Assembly (NCBI GenBank): GCA_009103225.1
Contig: RHPI01002503.1
Location: 118,391 to 182,390 of the forward strand
Direction: 5' to 3'
Length of the DNA: 64,000 nt
Source of the DNA: Chlorokybus atmophyticus
Taxonomy: Eukaryota > Plantae > Mesostigma and Chlorokybus algae
Positions 58,644-64,000 of the stretch are shown in pieces. Numbering within the stretch: the first letter of the stretch is position 1; the number at the start of each line of letters is the position of its first letter. The notes beneath the pieces were generated by a model. It was not told where the DNA came from and did not search any database. It saw nothing but the letters and a program-made list of their open reading frames with translations. Made by a program: the position numbers and the translations under genes.

Positions 58644-61521
58644 ATGAGGCCCAGGCCGTTGAGTAGCGGCGGCGGCAGAGCTGCTGCCAATGCGAGCGCT
58701 GATGCCGAGAGGGACCGCAGCGCCGTGCTCGCCGCCAGCGTCAGGAAGGTCAGACCGGACCACAACTTCCCTCTCCGGTACTACTACAGATCTGCCGACA
58801 ATCTCCTCAGGCAGGTGCGTGTTTTCCCTAAGGCCAATACATTGGGTAATGTCATTGAGCGTTGCCACAATGCATTTCCACATTGGCAGCAACACCTTTC
58901 CGGGTGTGGCGTTTATCAATGCATGGGGAATGCCCTTTGCTAAATGCTAGCTAGCTGCGTCTTGGGCAATGTGTGCGTAAGCTGGCGGTACAAGCTTTGA
59001 GTTTAAGTTCACTTGGTCTAAACACTGCTGGCATGACTTATATGCCCTGTTCTTGCATTGCATAGCAGCTTATTCCACAGGTAGCAGTGTGTCGTGCTTA
59101 GCAGTAAGTTGAGAAGTGAGTAACCAACATCATTATACAGTAATGAAGAACGACGACAGTAAGTAATGACGGGACAACGTCCATAGCAGCACTGTGTTGT
59201 TGCTCCCCACAGGTTGACTGCCATCAGCGGTTGCGCTGCTTTTTGGTGCAGCTGCTTGGCTGTTGTTATGCTGTCCACGAGGAGTTGACAACCGGGTGCA
59301 GCACCTTGCCATGTGTGTGCGTGTGCGTGCATGCGCTCGCATGCACACACATGCGCGTGCGTGCTCTCGCACTTGTTGCTGTTGTTGTTGTTGGAATGGT
59401 TGCGTGCAGAACAGTGCGATTCAATTGCTGGTATTTTGTATCTTACACAGTCTTGTCATTGGAGGTTGTTGACCAACCTTTGCAACACTTGACCTGTTTT
59501 GTATGTTCAGGCAAAAATCTGCAAGGATGAGAATAACGTGGAAGAGCAGTTTGTTCTGCTACTACGTTTCTCAAGGTGATGAAGACGTGTTGGGCTGCGT
59601 TGTCCGGTATCTTGCATAACATGCGTCATGTGCTTTCTGGTCTAACAATACAGCTGATGTGTTGTCATTGCAGTCTTATGCTGGAAACAATCAGCCAGCA
59701 CAAAGACTATAGTAGGTTGCTTCCCAACGAGCGGGTAGACTTTCGCAAGGTGAACCTTGTGAACTATTGACGCGATCTCATGGTAGTGTGCAAGGCTTCA
59801 CTTGGCACTGATATGTTTGCGTTGCAGCGATTGATAGACGTGTTGAAAGAAGCGGAAAGCTTGAAACCAGTCATCAACTCAAGATGGCTCTCAGGCGCGT
59901 CTGCTGCTCCGCGCATTCAGCAACAAAATACGGGCGTGGTGTCTGCGCTGCTTGCTCCATGGTCGTCCATTGTCACAGACGACGCATTGGCTGGCTCCCT
60001 ACCATCCCAGTTTCAGGTGACAATGCTGCCCTGGTCAACAGCATGGTTGCGCACTTGCATACCAGTTGTACAGCATGGATTGTACTCTACTAGCCTCAGT
60101 CTATGATCAGAAGTTGAGCTTCACCTCAAAAGTTGTTCTTCTTTGTTAATGTTCAAATCTTGTTAGGCATCAATGTTGGTGGGAGTGCGTACACAAAGGG
60201 GTGGCCCTATGGATCTGCTCACAGGCGACCTTGACATGGCTCGTTTAAGCATTGCGCCAGCAGCTTCGCAGTTTCAACAACGAGACGTTAGCAGGTAGCT
60301 TGGGTGATGCATGTAGCAGGCATTAGAAGATGAAAGTCATGCCGCACACTTGTTGAACACTGCAGAGTCAGAAGCCTGGAGATACCCCTTCCAAGCTCGC
60401 AAGCACTCTACCGGCATTCGATCATTAACCTCTCGCAGCGGAGACCACCCTCTCCAGAGCAGCCAAGCTTGCCTCAGGTCAGCACTTAACATTGACATTC
60501 AATTATGTGTGGCACTCACATCATGATCTGTACTGCTGACATGTCCCATGCCCCATTGGTTCAGATTCAATATCCTGCACACGTGGACACCACGCCAGCG
60601 CAGATCCCAGAGTAGGTTCAGCCGTTCTCCTGTCTCAACTTGTTGCAGCAGATTCAGTGCTGCACTGTAACTACAAGGCATTGACTGTGTTGCTTGGACA
60701 GTCTGATGGACATGCAAGCTGAACTGGAGCCTGCACCGGGTGTTCCGCCATCAGCTGGACAGTACTCGCTAAAGGGCCCTCCGATCGCTGAGCCTGTTGA
60801 GATTCCTTTGGCTCGGATCGCACCTCTGCACCAGCCGCAGATACCCCCTCAAGAGGTCGAAGTGTTAACTGCGACACCAAGCCTCGCGGTTGCCACCTCT
60901 GAACCGCCGCCACCGCCGCCATCCGAGGTGGCCGACCCATGGCCGGGTGCGGCAGATGGCGGGTTGAAGACCAAAGAGCTAAAGCCCTTGCACATATCTG
61001 CGAAGATGTTGGACGAGTTCATGCGTCTCGCAAAGAGCAACACTCGGAGTAACTTGGAGACATGCGCCATACTGGCGGGCAAGATGAAGCAGGGAGTGTT
61101 CTATATCACCACGCTGATTGTGCCTAAGCAGGAGGCCACCACGGACTCGTGTGCAATGCTTAACGAGGAAGAACTTTTTGAAGTGCAAGACTCCAAAGAG
61201 CTGTTCTCGCTGGGCTGGATACACACGCACCCAACCCAGTCATGCTTCATGTCGTCCATTGATCTTCACACGCACTGCGCCTACCAGACCATGTTGTCTG
61301 AAGCCGTTGCGATCGTGATGGCTCCCACAGATACCAACAGGCATTTTGGTATATTCAAACTCACTGATCCTGGGGGCCTCAAGTTGATTCAGCAATGCCC
61401 GCGTCGAGGTTTCCATGCTCATGAAAGGCCTGTGGATGGCGGTCCTATATATGAGCACTCTGGGCATGTATTCCTAAACCCAGCCGTTGGGTTTGATGTT
61501 CTTGACCTGAGGACCAGATAG
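58644..61521 (+). CDS. AMSH: AMSH-like K63 deubiquitinase (N-terminal MIT/USP8-dimer-like domain + JAMM/MPN+), AMSH3-type
   Basis: FPLRYYYRSADNLLRQA, SLMLETISQHKDY. JAMM domain: NLETCAILAG...LGWIHTHPTQSCFMSSIDLHTHCAYQTMLSEAVAIVMAPTD...CPRRGFHAH. Ends DLRTR* (61521). Confidence 0.96.
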
Positions 61522-63671
61522 TAGGTTGTGCGTGGAAACGAGTGTAGCAACCATTCATACAGCGCACATGTTGCAGTTGTGAAGGAGGTAATTTGCTGTT
61601 ATGTGGGGACTTGCATTGCCCGCAAGAGCCACTCATTCCTCACACGAGCCATGGTTCATACAATCAGCATGGTTGCTCTAGGTCTCAATGGTTGCCCCAC
61701 GGAGACTCCGTGTCTGTGCTGGATATGCAATGGTGAGTGTCCGGGGCCTTGTGTTCCTTCCAGCCTGCCCTTGCATAGGGTATAGGTCAGCATGTACCAC
61801 GGAAGCACCCCTGTTGCTTAGCGATCCACTTATTACACAAAAATATACCACTATGTCACATCACGTGAGTCGCTCACTGTTACATCGCAGACGTGTACAC
61901 ACTACACCCTGGCAGAATACCAACACACATGACACCGCATGCATGCAGCATATGAAGCATGAAACCTTTTGTACACAGCCGCTGGCTTCAATGTCAACTA
62001 CGCAAGAGTCGCCTCCACCTCGTGGTAGGAGGCTCAAGGGGGACCAATGTTCAGCCCGGCACCGCTGCCCCCTTGGTATAGCTCAGGTTGGCATCGTTTC
62101 CTGCCTGCTGCCATGTATAAGCGGCTGCTACCGTTTCAGGAGGTATTATAGGGCGAATGCCCCCCCTCCCCCTTTCTTAATATCGGACAAGAACCATGTC
62201 CACAGCAGGCATAGTGATACAACTGATGAGGCATGTCATTCGTGGGGCTTGCAAGGAGGAGGGTATGTTCGACTTTGTATGGTGGCAATGACATGCAATG
62301 TACATACGCACGACCAGTCTGATATGTGCTGTTCTGAGCTTGCACTACGCAAGACCGCCAAGGCCAAATCATAGTCCCGTTGCGTCACCCTTCACCAACT
62401 TTTCCATCCTTATTCATGCAAATCGTGCATAAAATATATGCACGTGCCTGCCCTGCTCTTTAACGCCTTGCTGTGGCTGTGGCTGCTGCGCCAATCTCCT
62501 GGGGTTCTCACCTTGCGCATGTGCATGTGTGCTCAGGTCGGTTGGTTCTCGCTTGCTGCTTGCCACTGCATCCTACTGCCGCCCCCCCAGAGCACATGGT
62601 GCATATATTATAATATAGTATGCAAGGATTGTGGCATGCATGAGAATGTAGCGAACATGTGCATATAATTGTGAAGCCCCTATGAGAAGTGAAGTGTTGC
62701 TCTTGCTTGTCTCCGTGTCTAATTTGCTTGCTGCTTGTGGTGCATTGGGAATGCTGCTTTGCCCTGCAATGCACGCTTATGCACACTTAGTGTACGTGCA
62801 CTACACACATGTGTATCATATTTACCCCAACATCGTGGGGATTATAATCCCCTCTATTAAATATACAATGTGTTTATACTACAAGAATTTATGATGTAGC
62901 TCGTCCCCTCGGGGGGGAGGGGGGGCGGGGGGGAGGAGAGAATTGTACATGTACATGGTTGTATAAAGCATGCAAGCTCATAAGCAAGTAAGCGAGTACA
63001 TGCTTAAACAATTCAAATTGGGGGAGCATACTGTGCTAGTAGCTCAACAACTCCGAACGCCATCTACAATTTTAGTTTATATGTGCATGTGTGTGTAAAG
63101 CAGCGGGCAATGGGAGCGGTCAGGCAGAGCAGGGCAATGCAGAGGGACAACGTGCGCGGCAAGGAGGGTGGGTGGTGGCAACGGTTGAAATACTTCTAAA
63201 AAAAAGTACTAAGTGCCTTTTTCTTGAATTTTTGNNNNNNNNNNNNNNNNNNNNNNNNNNNNNNNNNNNNNNNNNNNNNNNNNNNNNNNNNNNNNNNNNN
63301 NNNNNNNNNNNNNNNNNNNNNNNNNNNNNNNNNNNNNNNNNNNNNNNNNNNNNNNNNNNNNNNNNNNNNNNNNNNNNNNNNNNNNNNNNNNNNNNNNNNN
63401 NNNNNNNNNNNNNNNNNNNNNNNNNNNNNNNNNNNNNNNNNNNNNNNNNNNNNNNNNNNNNNNNNNNNNNNNNNNNGGGAGTCTTGTGCTTTGCGATGGC
63501 CACGGCAATGCTGTGCAATGTGTATAAACCCGGGGGGCATATGATGAGGAAAACACAATTTACATGTTGAGTGATATTAATCAAGTGTGGGACAAACGTG
63601 AGACTACACATATGTCATTATTATATCGTTTATGAGTGTCCATTACCATGTCCACTTCACGTATTTATTTT

Positions 63672-63880
63672 AAACTCAACACTCAAGTGCTACCATAGAG
63701 CTCTCGTGTTTCGTTTGTGTTGCATGTCACATAAGGTTTGTTGCGTCAATAACTGTAAGTTCCACTTTACATACACATATCTGTTTCAAACTCAACACCC
63801 AAGTGCTACTATGGAGCTCTCGTATATCGTTTGTGTGGCATGTCACAATTCAAGGTTTGTTGCGTTGATAGCTGTAATTA
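63672..63880. repeat. Two diverged tandem copies of a 116-bp unit
   Basis: AAACTCAACAC(T/C)CAAGTGCTAC(C/T)AT(A/G)GAGCTCTCGT...GCATGTCACA...AAGGTTTGTTGCGT starts at both 63672 and 63788. Confidence 0.85.
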
Positions 63881-63882
63881 CA

Positions 63883-64000
63883 TGATGAGAGTGCGTTAGG
63901 CTGCCAGGGCGGGTCCAGCGCAATCAGCTAGCCCTCACGTCGAAGGCCCAGGCCCACCCGCGACTGCACTCGTCGTATCCACGTCAGCATCATAAGCAAA
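63883..64000 (+). mobile_element. Possible start of an LTR inserted into the tandem repeat
   Basis: The second repeat copy stops abruptly at about 63880, and GC-rich sequence beginning TGATGAG follows, with GGCCCA motifs. The end lies outside the window. Confidence 0.3.

Noticed and set aside
62075-62091. tRNA A-box-like GGTATAGCTCAGGTTGG
   Set aside because: There is no B-box (GTTCRA) or cloverleaf downstream.
61688-62374. 228-aa plus-strand ORF after AMSH
   Set aside because: It is Cys/His/Thr-rich low-information sequence typical of TGCA-rich UTR DNA, with no domain motifs.
15299-63611. Long ORFs containing runs of X
   Set aside because: They are open only because they cross N gaps.

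Overview
Intron-rich eukaryotic nuclear DNA, not prokaryotic. It most likely comes from a green-lineage alga; an early-diverging streptophyte is my inference from the Alfin-like, FAD4, ClpS1, PDIL2-1-type and PAT17-type genes, and the species cannot be fixed from this window. I assembled 17 protein-coding genes by eye using GT-AG splicing, so internal exon boundaries are approximate. In order: a plastid-targeted coiled-coil/Tic110-like repeat protein, an orphan disordered protein, an IQ-motif protein, an HNH nuclease ending in a CaaX box, a plastid NiCoT/UreH-like transporter, thymidine kinase, an F-box+vWA protein, a PAO/PTC52/TIC55-family Rieske oxygenase, FAD4, a DHHC S-acyltransferase, SWC6, an Alfin-like PHD protein, VIPAS39/SPE-39, ClpS1, a PDI with an ERp29-type domain, and AMSH, plus a small spliced minus-strand unit of doubtful coding status. 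Non-coding content includes a probable LTR at 1-672, microsatellites, AT-rich spacers, poly-C-flanked assembly gaps, a 33-bp intronic hairpin and a short tandem repeat. There is no rRNA, tRNA, CRISPR array or intact transposase/RT gene. No complete new system is proven. The best leads are VIPAS39 (an animal CHEVI subunit) in a green-lineage genome, the F-box-vWA fusion with an intact MIDAS, the CaaX-tailed HNH nuclease, the head-to-head SWC6/Alfin-like pair with a repeated GGTATCNCG motif, and two splice/uORF oddities.
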